A stretch of 64,000 nt of DNA, taken from positions 1-64,000 of the IMG/VR virus record IMGVR_UViG_3300021471_000006. One strand, given 5' to 3'. A program made the position numbers and the translations under genes. Each line of letters starts with the position of its first letter. The first letter of the stretch is position 1. The notes under the pieces were generated by a model that was not told the DNA's origin, searched no databases, and saw only the letters and a list, made by a program, of their open reading frames with translations. The DNA is from a virus. Positions 30,375 through 40,365 of the stretch are shown here, piece after piece.

Positions 30375-31109
30375 GTGAAAATTATGGTAATGAAAAAAGC
30401 GACATTAGAATTTAATGTCAGCGAATTTGATGGAATGAATTTTATAATTACAAAGCCGGGTGAGATTATGCAATCTTTTTGGATTGGAGGAAAATACTAT
30501 GAACCAGAGATGATAGAGTTTATAAAAGATAATTACAAGGGCGGAATGTTTATAGACGTTGGTTCATGTATCGGAAATCACACTATGGCATTCTCTACTT
30601 TAGCCGATGGCGTCATTTCTTTTGAGCCAATACCGTTTGTCTGCTTTCATCAGGCAGCTAACTTATTTTTAAGTAGAATTAGAAATGTAGTTATTTATAA
30701 TGTCGGATTAAGTAATAAGAATGGAATATTGCGTGCAAATATTATTGGTCCCGAATGGTCTAATCTGGGAGGGGGCACGATACAAAAAAATGGAGAGATA
30801 AAAATTCCAGTTGTCAAGCTTGACAGTTTTAAGTTTAAGAATGTAAAACTTATGAAAATAGATGTAGAGGGGCATGAACTTAATGTTATTAAAGGCGGAA
30901 TGAAAACTATTAAGGAAAGCAAACCAGACTTATTTATAGAATGTAGCACTGAGAAAAGATTCAAAGAAATATACGATTATCTCCAGTCATTAAGAGTAGG
31001 ATATAAATTCTACGATAGAAAAGTATTTAATAATACGCCGACAATGTTATTTACTGTTCGTGACTTTGATAAATATAAATTAAGAGAAAGAGAAGGTGAA
31101 AAAAAGTGA
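30375..31109 (+). CDS. FkbM-family SAM-dependent methyltransferase (probable sugar O-methyltransferase)
   Basis: FIDVGSCIGNHT, VISFEP, KLMKIDVEGHELNVIKG. Confidence 0.9.
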   Translation: MKIMVMKKATLEFNVSEFDGMNFIITKPGEIMQSFWIGGKYYEPEMIEFIKDNYKGGMFIDVGSCIGNHTMAFSTLADGVISFEPIPFVCFHQAANLFLSRIRNVVIYNVGLSNKNGILRANIIGPEWSNLGGGTIQKNGEIKIPVVKLDSFKFKNVKLMKIDVEGHELNVIKGGMKTIKESKPDLFIECSTEKRFKEIYDYLQSLRVGYKFYDRKVFNNTPTMLFTVRDFDKYKLREREGEKK

Positions 31110-32095
31110 AAAATAAAAGAAAGGTTTTGATAACTGGCGCAAATGGTTTTGTGGGCTCTCATTTAATAGAATACATATTAAAAAACCATCCAGATTATAT
31201 AGTCTGTGCAGTTCACAGGTCGCATAGAAGTTCTATGAAGAATGTTGAACATATAAAAAGCGAGAGAGTAAAATGGATAGAGTGTGATTTAACTGACTCG
31301 CATAGTGTTGAACAGTTATTTTTAAAAGACAGATACGAGAGAATTTTTCATCTGGCCGCACAATCATATGTTCCGATGTCATATAAGGCGCCCACACATA
31401 CTTTACAAGTGAACATAATTGGAACTGTAAATCTTTTTGAAGCGGTTAGAAAATATAATAGGCTTGCAATTGTAATGAACTGTTCATCTTCTGAAGTTTA
31501 CGGCCATTCAACAAGAATCCCTACCAGAGAAATAGAGCCTTTTGACCCAATTAGTCCATATGCTTTAAGCAAATGTGGACAAGATTTGGCGGGAAGAACA
31601 TATGCTAAGATGTATAATTTAAAAATAGTTACATCTAGAGCATTTACACACACTGGAGCTAGAAGAGGCGAGGTGTTTTTTGCAAGTTCTTTTGCAAAAC
31701 AAATAGCCGAGATAGAAGCCGGACTTAGAAAACCGATAGTATATGTTGGAAATTTAAAAAGCCAGAGAACTATAATGAATGTAAAAGATTGTGTAAGAGC
31801 TTATTGGATGCTCACTGAGAAAGGGATTCCTGGAGAAGCATATAATATCGGTGGAGAGGAAACTTGGAAAGTTGGAGATGTTTTAAACCATTTGATTAGT
31901 ATTTCCACAGTGAAAGATATAGAGTACAGAATTGATATAAACAGACTAAGACCAAAAGATGTAAATGTACAGAGACCAAGAATAATGAAATTTCAAGAAC
32001 TAACTGGCTGGAAACCAGAAATAAGTGTAGAAGATACGCTCCAAGAGTTATTAGACTATTGGAGAGAGGAAATCAAAAATGATGAAAACAATTAA
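31106..32095 (+). CDS. dmhA: GDP-sugar 4,6-dehydratase, DmhA-like (GDP-manno-heptose dehydratase)
   Basis: ITGANGFVGSH, FHLAAQS, CSSSEVYG, SPYALSK, THTGARRGEVFF..FAKQIA.IEAG and VGNL.S.RT motifs; the latter set resembles DmhA more than canonical Gmd. Confidence 0.75.
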   Translation: MKNKRKVLITGANGFVGSHLIEYILKNHPDYIVCAVHRSHRSSMKNVEHIKSERVKWIECDLTDSHSVEQLFLKDRYERIFHLAAQSYVPMSYKAPTHTLQVNIIGTVNLFEAVRKYNRLAIVMNCSSSEVYGHSTRIPTREIEPFDPISPYALSKCGQDLAGRTYAKMYNLKIVTSRAFTHTGARRGEVFFASSFAKQIAEIEAGLRKPIVYVGNLKSQRTIMNVKDCVRAYWMLTEKGIPGEAYNIGGEETWKVGDVLNHLISISTVKDIEYRIDINRLRPKDVNVQRPRIMKFQELTGWKPEISVEDTLQELLDYWREEIKNDENN

Positions 32096-32333
32096 ACATA
32101 TTGGAGACTTAATAAAATCTCTAGATGAAGAAAAACCTATAGCTATATTACTTATGGATATAGAGATGTATGAAACTGGAGATGGTAAAAAAATTTACTC
32201 ACTTCCTCCGGGACAAATAACAGACATTATAATACATATGTCAAAATTAGTTGATAAAAATATGGTAACTGGATTAATAATAGATAAAAAAGAGTTGAAA
32301 GCATTTTTAAATAGAGGTGAGACAGATGTCTAA
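32082..32333 (+). CDS. Hypothetical protein
   Basis: Coupled ORF in the glycan cluster. Confidence 0.5.
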   Translation: MKTIKHIGDLIKSLDEEKPIAILLMDIEMYETGDGKKIYSLPPGQITDIIIHMSKLVDKNMVTGLIIDKKELKAFLNRGETDV

Positions 32334-34602
32334 ATTTAGAGTTTCTACTGGAAATTGGATATGTACTCCAAAAGAAAGAAAGATAGTTAACGATATTTTA
32401 GATTCCGGCAAAATTTCAGAGGGTCCATATATGAAAAAATTTAGCAAACTGTGGGCAGATTATATTGGAACCCCATATTGTACTACTTTAAATTCTGGAA
32501 CTAGTGCATTGATTGTAGGACTTAGAGCCCTCAATTACAAATTGGGCAGATTTATAAAAGTGTTAACAACGCCGTTTACATATATAGCAACTGTGAACTC
32601 TATTTACCTCACTGGCAATACTCCAGTGTTCTGCGATATAGAAAGAGAAAGACTTGGATTAGACCCACAAGCAGTAGAAAGAAAACTACAAGAAGACCCA
32701 GAAATAGATGCAGTTTTATTAGTGCATATTATGGGAATCCCTTCTAGAGTAGATGAAATCTCAGATATTTGCAGAAAATATGGTGTTCTATTACTTGAAG
32801 ATAATTGTTTAGTTAAGGGCACTAAGATATTTGCTAATAAAACCCTAAAAAATATAGAAGATATGAAAAAAGGAGATTTGGTTTTAACTCATAAGGGAAG
32901 ATGGAAAAAGGTGTTGAGAGTATTTAAAAGAAAGATTAAAGATGACGTTATACATATTAAATTTTACTATAACAGAGAAGGAGTTAAGGCCACTAAAGAA
33001 CATCCATTTTATGTTTTAAGGGACGGAAAAAAGATATGGGCTAGAGCTGATGATTTAAGGCTATCTGATAAAATAATATATGCTAAAGAGAAGTTTGATA
33101 ATATATCTATAAAAAACGAAATTTCGTGGTTAGATGAAAATAACCAAAAAGAAGTAATAGTGCCAAATGAAGACTTTTATAAACTTTGTGGCCTATATAT
33201 AGCAGAAGGGCATACTTCCAAAAACGGAATAGTTTTTTCATTAAATGAAAATGAGAGGGATTTAGTAGATTTTATATTTAAATTTGCAAAGAATATAAAT
33301 AGGAGTGCTTGTGAAATAAATGATAAAAGAAATGGTGGAACTCAAGTAAAAATTCCATGCAGACCATTGGCTAACATATTTAAAAAATTGTTTGGACATG
33401 GTGCTAAGAATAAGAAAATACCAGATGGGTGGGAAAGTTTACCATCTAGGTATTTGTATTCATTATTAGAAGGATATTTACTTGGAGATGGTTACTTAAA
33501 CAAAAAAAGATTACACATAGCTACAGCATCTAAAAAACTTTATTCACAATTAATTAGAATTATGAATAATTTAAATATATTTACACAACTTTATGAAACA
33601 GAAGGAGAAGAAAGTATTATTAGAGGAAAAAAAGTTAAATCTGGCAGAATATATCATATACTATGTCAGGGAAATACTAAAGAAGAGTTATATAAGAACA
33701 TACATCAAGATTCATATAAGACTAGAAAATCTTTTGGAGATTATGATGACGAATATCTCTATATACCAATTAGAAGTCTAGATACCGTTTATTATGAAGG
33801 TTATGTCTATAATATAGAAGTAGAAGATGATAATTCGTATAGTTTACCAATGTGTACAACTCACAATTGTCAGGCTTATGGAACAGAATATAAGGGAAAG
33901 ATGTTAGGAAGTTATGGTCTTTGGAGTGCTTGTAGCTTTTTTATTGCACACACTATTCAAGTGTCTGAAATGGGAACGTTAAATACATATGATAGAACTT
34001 TATTCAGATATTTTGATAAGTTAAAGTCTAATGGAAGAACTGCAGCATTTGACAGAGAATTAGAGAAATATTTTGTAGAAAAAGTAGAAGAAGATAAAAG
34101 GGATTTACATCCTAGATATTATCATGATATGGTTAGTGGAAATTATAGAACTCAGGAGTTCTCTGCTGGAATAGCGTGTGCACAATTCGAGAAAATAGAT
34201 GAAATAATAAAAAAGAGAAACGAGAATGTAAAATATTTATTGGATAATTTAGTACCAAAATATGGGAACATATTACAGTTTCCAATATACGATGAAAAAA
34301 TCGCATATCTTGGATTTCCAATGGTAATAAAGAATCCAACAATTGAAAGAAGATGGATTAGAGAAGAATTTGAAAAAAAAGGCATAGAAACGAGACCTAT
34401 GTATGGTTGTCTGCCTCTTGACATGCCATCGTTTGAACATCTTAGAAACGAATATAAGATGAAACTTCCTGCATCAGAGGATATTGGTAGAAATGCGTGG
34501 TATATTGGGTGCCATCAATATCTAACCAAAAAAGACCTTGACTATATAATAAGTGTGTTTGATGAGGTACTTAAGAAACATGAGAGAGTGGCAAAAAAAT
34601 AG
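32326..34602 (+). CDS. DegT/DnrJ-fold PLP enzyme of the ColD/E1 (C3-dehydratase) type, containing an intein
   Basis: NSGTSAL, TTPFTYIAT, LLEDN|CQAYG; the PLP-lysine position reads SFFIAH (His, as in ColD/E1); ~404 aa after splicing. Confidence 0.8.
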   Translation: MSKFRVSTGNWICTPKERKIVNDILDSGKISEGPYMKKFSKLWADYIGTPYCTTLNSGTSALIVGLRALNYKLGRFIKVLTTPFTYIATVNSIYLTGNTPVFCDIERERLGLDPQAVERKLQEDPEIDAVLLVHIMGIPSRVDEISDICRKYGVLLLEDNCLVKGTKIFANKTLKNIEDMKKGDLVLTHKGRWKKVLRVFKRKIKDDVIHIKFYYNREGVKATKEHPFYVLRDGKKIWARADDLRLSDKIIYAKEKFDNISIKNEISWLDENNQKEVIVPNEDFYKLCGLYIAEGHTSKNGIVFSLNENERDLVDFIFKFAKNINRSACEINDKRNGGTQVKIPCRPLANIFKKLFGHGAKNKKIPDGWESLPSRYLYSLLEGYLLGDGYLNKKRLHIATASKKLYSQLIRIMNNLNIFTQLYETEGEESIIRGKKVKSGRIYHILCQGNTKEELYKNIHQDSYKTRKSFGDYDDEYLYIPIRSLDTVYYEGYVYNIEVEDDNSYSLPMCTTHNCQAYGTEYKGKMLGSYGLWSACSFFIAHTIQVSEMGTLNTYDRTLFRYFDKLKSNGRTAAFDRELEKYFVEKVEEDKRDLHPRYYHDMVSGNYRTQEFSAGIACAQFEKIDEIIKKRNENVKYLLDNLVPKYGNILQFPIYDEKIAYLGFPMVIKNPTIERRWIREEFEKKGIETRPMYGCLPLDMPSFEHLRNEYKMKLPASEDIGRNAWYIGCHQYLTKKDLDYIISVFDEVLKKHERVAKK
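32806..33867 (+). mobile_element. Intein with LAGLIDADG homing endonuclease (354 aa) in the PLP enzyme
   Basis: Starts CLVKGT, block B ATKEHPF, LAGLIDADG motifs GLYIAEG and GYLLGDG, ends VYNIEVEDDNSY...THN followed by Cys. Confidence 0.95.
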
Positions 34603-34692
34603 AAGAAAGAGACTCGAATATGAAGAAAAAGTAAGAGAATTAGAGATGGTAGAGAAAAAAATAGCTATGCTAAAAAAAGAGTTGAACAAAGA

Positions 34693-35775
34693 ATGAGAAT
34701 ACTTTATTTTGGGGGCGAGAGTGCCAATTTTGTTATAGAGACTTGCAATGCTTTATGTAGACAGGGACATAAAGTTACAGCTGTAGTACAGCAACTTGAC
34801 GAATATGATAAAGATAATCCAGTTCTGGAACATGAGAACCTAAGTAGAATAAATGTCGATTATGCAACAATGTTTAATCCAATTAGAATGAAGAATAGAT
34901 TAATAGCGGAATTTGCGAGAAAGAAATTCGATTTAATATTTGGTTCACATGCTCCAATAACTCCGGTATTACATGATTTGGCTAGAACATATGGATTGCC
35001 TTGGGGAGTTATGTTATTAGATATACCAACTCATACAATGAGAACCCAGCGCTGGAGAATGAAACAATGGAATTACTGGTTTCAGTTTTTAAGACAGGCA
35101 GATATAGTGGTTTTTAATAATACTATTGCAAGAGACGAATTTTATGCATATACTAGAAACTGGATTCCGGATGACCATATAATACATTATGGTACTTTTA
35201 GACCAAAAGAATATCGAGAGGCTGGAATAACAATAAGAGGCGATTATGTTCTCTCCATTTGCAGACTACATCCTATTAAGAACTGTAAAGTTATACCAAT
35301 GGCTTTAAATTTGTTAAATAGTGACTTAAAGTATATGGCCGTCGGAAGAGATGCTGGAGAATTAGAATTTATAAAAAACTATTGTAAAAAGAACAATATC
35401 TCTTTTGAATGGAGAGGCATAGTAACAGAGAAAGAAAAATGGGAGTTAATAAAAAACTGCTCAATGTTTATATATCCCCAAGATACAAAATATATTGGAG
35501 GACAGGCATGTTTAGAGGCCATGTGGGCTGGAAAGCCCGTATTGGCTAGTGACTATGGCGTATTAAGAGAATTATATGGAAATGCTGCCTTTTATTTTGA
35601 CCCAAAGAATATTGAAAATTTAGCAGAGAAAATAGCGTTTGTTAAGGCTGCAAAAATAAAAACATTAGAACCATTTCTTAGAGAAGGAGTGGAACAATCA
35701 GAAAAAATAGGAAGTTATGATAAAATGGGAGAACTGCTCTCAAATTTATTCAAAAAATATTTAAAAAAGGAGTGA
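34693..35775 (+). CDS. Glycosyltransferase family 4
   Basis: ICRLHPIKN, LEAMWAGKPVLASD, YGNAAFYFDP. Confidence 0.9.
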   Translation: MRILYFGGESANFVIETCNALCRQGHKVTAVVQQLDEYDKDNPVLEHENLSRINVDYATMFNPIRMKNRLIAEFARKKFDLIFGSHAPITPVLHDLARTYGLPWGVMLLDIPTHTMRTQRWRMKQWNYWFQFLRQADIVVFNNTIARDEFYAYTRNWIPDDHIIHYGTFRPKEYREAGITIRGDYVLSICRLHPIKNCKVIPMALNLLNSDLKYMAVGRDAGELEFIKNYCKKNNISFEWRGIVTEKEKWELIKNCSMFIYPQDTKYIGGQACLEAMWAGKPVLASDYGVLRELYGNAAFYFDPKNIENLAEKIAFVKAAKIKTLEPFLREGVEQSEKIGSYDKMGELLSNLFKKYLKKE

Positions 35776-35780
35776 TAAAG

Positions 35781-36317
35781 ATGAGAAAAATCTTATTGAT
35801 AATAACAATGTTATTGTTATTGGTTTCTACTGTCTCTGCAGGAACATTAAGACTTACCAGAAGTTCTTTAAATGAATGTGAGCGCATGAAAAGAGTTCAA
35901 GAATACTATGGTAGAGATTGTGGAGATTGTTATGAAAGAGAAATACAGAACAATATTGTATATTCTATGATATGTGAAGTAGAAAATTATTGCTGGCACA
36001 GTTGTACTCCGGAAGATAATGGTTGTCAGGGCAGATACTGGAGAGAGTGCAAAAATAAAACGGGACCGACTGGCTGTGTTAACTGGAAGGGATTATCTAA
36101 AGTAGTTGGTAAATGTGGAATAGAATGTAAAGAAGATAGTGATTGCCCTGAAGAATGGCAAATATGCGGATATGTTCAAGGAAAAGCTAATATGTGTAAA
36201 GGAACTCCACCATCACCAACAGACCCAATAGTAGTGCCAGAAAAATATTCCTCTTTTTGGGAGAGATTGTTGGCGTTTATTAGATTTATAATGTCTGGTT
36301 TTAGGAGCTGGGAATGA
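35781..36317 (+). CDS. Secreted Cys-rich protein with a C-terminal amphipathic anchor
   Basis: Signal peptide MRKILLIITMLLLLVSTVSA; 14 Cys; Pro-rich linker; ends SSFWERLLAFIRFIMSGF. Confidence 0.7.
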   Translation: MRKILLIITMLLLLVSTVSAGTLRLTRSSLNECERMKRVQEYYGRDCGDCYEREIQNNIVYSMICEVENYCWHSCTPEDNGCQGRYWRECKNKTGPTGCVNWKGLSKVVGKCGIECKEDSDCPEEWQICGYVQGKANMCKGTPPSPTDPIVVPEKYSSFWERLLAFIRFIMSGFRSWE

Positions 36318-36919
36318 AAGTAGTAATTTTAGCAGGAGGACGAGGTGAGAGGCTTAGGCCCTTAACAGATAGGGTGCCCAAGCCACTTTTAATGGTAGGA
36401 AAAAAGCCTTTCATATTTCATCTAGTTGAAAATTTAAGAAGACGGGGATTTACAGAACAGACCATATTAGCAGGATATTTGGGAGATAAGATTTTTGAGG
36501 CATTTTTATCAGAAAATCCAAATATAAGTTGGGATGTAAAAATTGAATCTCGTCCACTTGGAACTGCTGGTGCACTAAAATTAATAGAAAATGAATTTAA
36601 AGATGAGAGATTTATAGTTATGAATGGAGATACTTGGTTTGATTTTAATCTTTGGAAATTAATAGAGGAGCACAAGAAAAACGAATATTTGATTACAGTC
36701 GCAGAAGTGAACGGTGTTGACAGTGGAGTTGCAGTTATAGAAAGAGAGGCGCTAGAATTAATTAAAGAAGGAGATTCATTAAACAAAGACCTCTATCCAT
36801 TGCTTGAAGAATGGAAAATGTTAAAAAGAGTTGAAGTAGATGGAGAATTCTTCGATATTGGAGATTCTCTAAAAGCATACAAAAAATTCAGAGAGTGGAA
36901 GGATGTTATAATAAAATGA
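36314..36919 (+). CDS. hddC: D-glycero-alpha-D-manno-heptose 1-phosphate guanylyltransferase-like nucleotidyltransferase
   Basis: VILAGGRGERLRPLTDRVPKPL, PLGTAGAL, MNGD, FFDIG; adjacent to hddA/gmhA/gmhB. Confidence 0.8.
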   Translation: MKVVILAGGRGERLRPLTDRVPKPLLMVGKKPFIFHLVENLRRRGFTEQTILAGYLGDKIFEAFLSENPNISWDVKIESRPLGTAGALKLIENEFKDERFIVMNGDTWFDFNLWKLIEEHKKNEYLITVAEVNGVDSGVAVIEREALELIKEGDSLNKDLYPLLEEWKMLKRVEVDGEFFDIGDSLKAYKKFREWKDVIIK

Positions 36920-37926
36920 TAATAAGAGCAAGAGCGCCCGTTAGAATTAGTTTCGCGGGCGGAGGAACAGATGTAAGCCCGTATTGTGAAGAAAAGGGAG
37001 GCTGTGTAGTTAATGCAGCTATTAACAAATATGCTTATGCTACACTTACAACAACTAAAGACAAAGTCATTGTCGAGTCTTCAGATTTCAACCAAACTCA
37101 AGAGTTCAGAAATATAACAGATATTTATTATAACGGACAGCTTGACTTGCTTAAGGCTGTAATAAAACACTATGGAAAAGAGAATATCAAACTTTTTCTC
37201 AGAAGTGATACTCCACCCAGAAGTGGTCTTGGAAGTAGCGCATCTGCGTTTGTTGCGGCTATGGGAGTATTTGAGCATCTTAAAAATGAAAACTCTATGA
37301 CAAACTATGAGATAGCAGAATTAGCCTATAAACTCGAAAGAGAAGAATTAAAAAACTATGGAGGCAGGCAAGACCAGTATGCAGCAGTGTTTGGAGGAAT
37401 AAATTTTATGGAGTTCAAAGGAAATGATTTTGTAAAAATAAGTCCATTAAAATTATCCAAAGATGTATTGCTTGAGCTCGAGAAAAATCTAGTATTAGTA
37501 AACATTGGAGAAAGAAGGGATTCTGGAGACATCTTAATTGACCAGACTGCTAGATATGAAAAAGGCAAAGAGAAAGTTATAAATGCTATGGATAGAAGCA
37601 AGGAACTTGCAATAGAAGTTAAGAAGGCTCTTATTAAAGGAGACTTGAATAGATTTGGAAATTTACTTCACGAAGCATGGGAAGAAAAAAAGAAATACAG
37701 TAAAATGATATCTAATTTGAAAATAGATTATCTATATAAAATTGCTAGAAATGCTGGAGCCATAGGTGGAAAAGTCTCTGGTGCTGGCGGCGGCGGACAT
37801 ATGATATTTTATTGCAAACCAAATACGGAACAACTTGTATCAAAGACATTAGAAGCTGCAGGATGCCGAGTTGTATCATTTAGTTTCGATACGAATGGAT
37901 TACAGTCTTGGGAGATTAGAAAATGA
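36917..37926 (+). CDS. hddA: D-glycero-alpha-D-manno-heptose 7-phosphate kinase (GHMP family)
   Basis: RAPVRISFAGGGTD, PPRSGLGSS, GGRQDQYAA, GGKVSGAGGGG. Confidence 0.93.
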
Positions 37927-38501
37927 ATAATAAAATCAAAAATCTAATTAAAGAGTCTATAAGAGTTAAAAAGATTCTCCTAAAAGAAGAAATTATTTCT
38001 AATATTAAAACTGTTACAGATGTAATTATAGATGCATTAATCAATGGAAGAAAAGTGCTTATTTTTGGTAATGGTGGCTCAGCTGCAGATGCACAACATT
38101 TTGCAGCAGAATTGTCTGGAAAATTTAAAAAAATTAGAAGAGCTCTTCCAGCAATGGCTTTAACAGTTAATCCAAGTGTGGTAACTGCTATAGCTAATGA
38201 TTTTGGATATGAACGAGTATTTGAAAGGCAGATTGAGGCACATGCTAAATCTGGAGATATAGTAATAGGCATATCGACCTCTGGTAATTCAAATAATGTA
38301 AATCTTGCACTACAGAGTGCTAATAATTTAGGATGTTTTACAGTAGGATTGATAGGCAAAGATGGAGGAAAAATGAAAAGTTTTTGTGATTTAGAAATAA
38401 CTGTTCCAACATCTGATACTCCAAGAATACAGGAAGCACATATTTTAATAATACATATAATATGTGAACTAATAGAAAACAAGATGTTTAAAAATGAGTA
38501 A
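37923..38501 (+). CDS. gmhA: Phosphoheptose (sedoheptulose-7-phosphate) isomerase
   Basis: FGNGGSAADAQHFAAEL, TAIANDFGY, ISTSGNS, TPRIQEAH. Confidence 0.97.
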   Translation: MNNKIKNLIKESIRVKKILLKEEIISNIKTVTDVIIDALINGRKVLIFGNGGSAADAQHFAAELSGKFKKIRRALPAMALTVNPSVVTAIANDFGYERVFERQIEAHAKSGDIVIGISTSGNSNNVNLALQSANNLGCFTVGLIGKDGGKMKSFCDLEITVPTSDTPRIQEAHILIIHIICELIENKMFKNE

Positions 38502-38694
38502 TGAACAAATAAAGAAAATCCCTACAACTGTAACATATAAAATAATTAGAAAAGAGAGACTCATTACTCCCCAAAATAATATTCTAGAGGAGAAGGAGCT
38601 AACTATAGAGGCAGAATCTTCAACAAGAGCTGCTGTCCTATATGAAGAGTTTAAAGACGAGGTATTTAAAAAATGCAAGATAAAATCAAAGTAG
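38494..38694 (+). CDS. Hypothetical protein
   Basis: 66-aa coupled ORF between gmhA and gmhB. Confidence 0.45.
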   Translation: MSNEQIKKIPTTVTYKIIRKERLITPQNNILEEKELTIEAESSTRAAVLYEEFKDEVFKKCKIKSK

Positions 38695-39164
38695 TGTTTT
38701 TAGATAGAGATGGAACAATAAATTATGATGACGGATATGTTTATAAAGTTGAAGACCTTAAACTTATGCCATACGTAATAAGAGGTCTACAGTTACTTCA
38801 AGAGAAAGGATACAAACTTGTAATTACTACAAATCAGCCAGGAATAGGCTATGGATATTATACTAAAAAAGAGTTTGAAGAATATATGGACTCGCTTCAA
38901 GAAAAACTATTAAAACATGGAATAAGTTTTTTTGATGTGTTATATTGTCCACATACTAAAGAAGATGAATGTGATTGTAGAAAACCTAAAACGGGAATGG
39001 TAGACAGATTTTTAAAAAACAATAATGTAGACATAAAAAATTCTTGGGTAATAGGAGATAGACTTAGTGACATTGAGTTTGCAAAAAATTTGGGGTGTAA
39101 GAGTGTTCAAATAATAAGTCTACTTACAGCCGCTAATATGATTATACATGGTGAGTTAAGATGA
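38673..39164 (+). CDS. gmhB: D,D-heptose 1,7-bisphosphate phosphatase (HAD)
   Basis: FLDRDGTIN, TNQPGIG, CPH...CDCRKPKTGM, IGDRLSD. Confidence 0.95.
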   Translation: MQDKIKVVFLDRDGTINYDDGYVYKVEDLKLMPYVIRGLQLLQEKGYKLVITTNQPGIGYGYYTKKEFEEYMDSLQEKLLKHGISFFDVLYCPHTKEDECDCRKPKTGMVDRFLKNNNVDIKNSWVIGDRLSDIEFAKNLGCKSVQIISLLTAANMIIHGELR

Positions 39165-40240
39165 AAATACTAATGCTAGGATACTTTGCAGATAACCAAA
39201 CGGGCATATATATAATGAATAATCTGAAAGAATATGCTTCAGATGTCGCTGCAGTAGACATAAGAAGAATAGTTCAAGAAATAGGAAGTGGAGAAAGTCA
39301 AGATATAATACTAGAAGAGATAGACGACCTCAAAATCAATCCAGATATAATTTTAGTTCTTAAAGGTCTTGAACTGGCTCCAGATACAATTGAAAAACTA
39401 AAACAAAAGTTTCCTAAAGCAAAAATTGTTAACTGGATGTTTGATAAGTTTATAGGAGGTATACCAGTATGGGAGAATGAAAAATATAAAGAAGTTATAA
39501 AACTTTATGATATGTTCTTCTGCAGTCTAAAGGGTGTTGCTGATAGACTAAAAAACATTGGATTTGATAATGTATACTGGATGCCCGAGGCAGCAGACGA
39601 GAATTTTCATGGAAGAACATATATGAATCATTATCAAAAACAGAAATATGGAGATGATGTGGCATTTATAGGAACTTTAGGTCTAGTTAAGCTGCATCCA
39701 AATAGATTACCAATACTAAATAAAATAGGAAAAGAGGGTTTTAGACTAAAAATATGGGGCAATGTAATAGGAGAATGGAAGAATATACCAAGAGATGTAA
39801 GAAGATTTCATATGCAAGAGACAGCAATAAATATAGGGCATTCAAAAGTAGTACAGTCTACTTTAATAAATTTATCAATTGACCAAGACCCAGAACTAGA
39901 ACTTGGACAATCTGCTAGATTATATAGAATAATGTGTGCGGGCGGTTTTGTGCTGTCTACTGCCACAAAAGGTCTAGAGAAGATGTTTAAGATAAATGAA
40001 TCCAAAACTGCTCCAATTACCGAAGATTTAGATTTTGTCGTCTTTTATGATTTAGACGACTTAGTAGATAAGTTAGATTATCTACTAGAACAGAATGATT
40101 TAAGAGAGAAAATTGCAGAAAATGGAAGAAAGAAAGTGTTAGAAAAACACACTTTCAAAACACGATGTAAAGAATTATTAGAGGTGATTAAAGGTGAAAC
40201 CAAGGAATACCTTATCCCAGAAAGCGAAAAAAGAACTTGA
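39161..40240 (+). CDS. CgeB-like (Glyco_trans_1_2) glycosyltransferase
   Basis: DVAFIG, RLYRIMCAGGFVLS, IAENGRKKVLEKHTF..R. Confidence 0.85.
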   Translation: MKILMLGYFADNQTGIYIMNNLKEYASDVAAVDIRRIVQEIGSGESQDIILEEIDDLKINPDIILVLKGLELAPDTIEKLKQKFPKAKIVNWMFDKFIGGIPVWENEKYKEVIKLYDMFFCSLKGVADRLKNIGFDNVYWMPEAADENFHGRTYMNHYQKQKYGDDVAFIGTLGLVKLHPNRLPILNKIGKEGFRLKIWGNVIGEWKNIPRDVRRFHMQETAINIGHSKVVQSTLINLSIDQDPELELGQSARLYRIMCAGGFVLSTATKGLEKMFKINESKTAPITEDLDFVVFYDLDDLVDKLDYLLEQNDLREKIAENGRKKVLEKHTFKTRCKELLEVIKGETKEYLIPESEKRT

Positions 40241-40365
40241 CAAGATAAGAGAAAAAAACAAACTTGAATTGGCTAGAGTTATAGAACATCTATATATGGA
40301 AGGTCATAAGTTATCAGATGCCATTAGAATAGCCGAAAGGCGTTTAAAAACAGAGGTGTAGAAAA

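Noticed and set aside
32060-37926. Trp-containing C-termini of the dehydratase (DYWREEIK), hddC (EWKDVIIK) and hddA (QSWEIRK) as further W-tags
   Set aside because: They match loosely and are explained by family conservation or SD overlap; not counted, but they show that part of the W-tag signal may be nucleotide-driven
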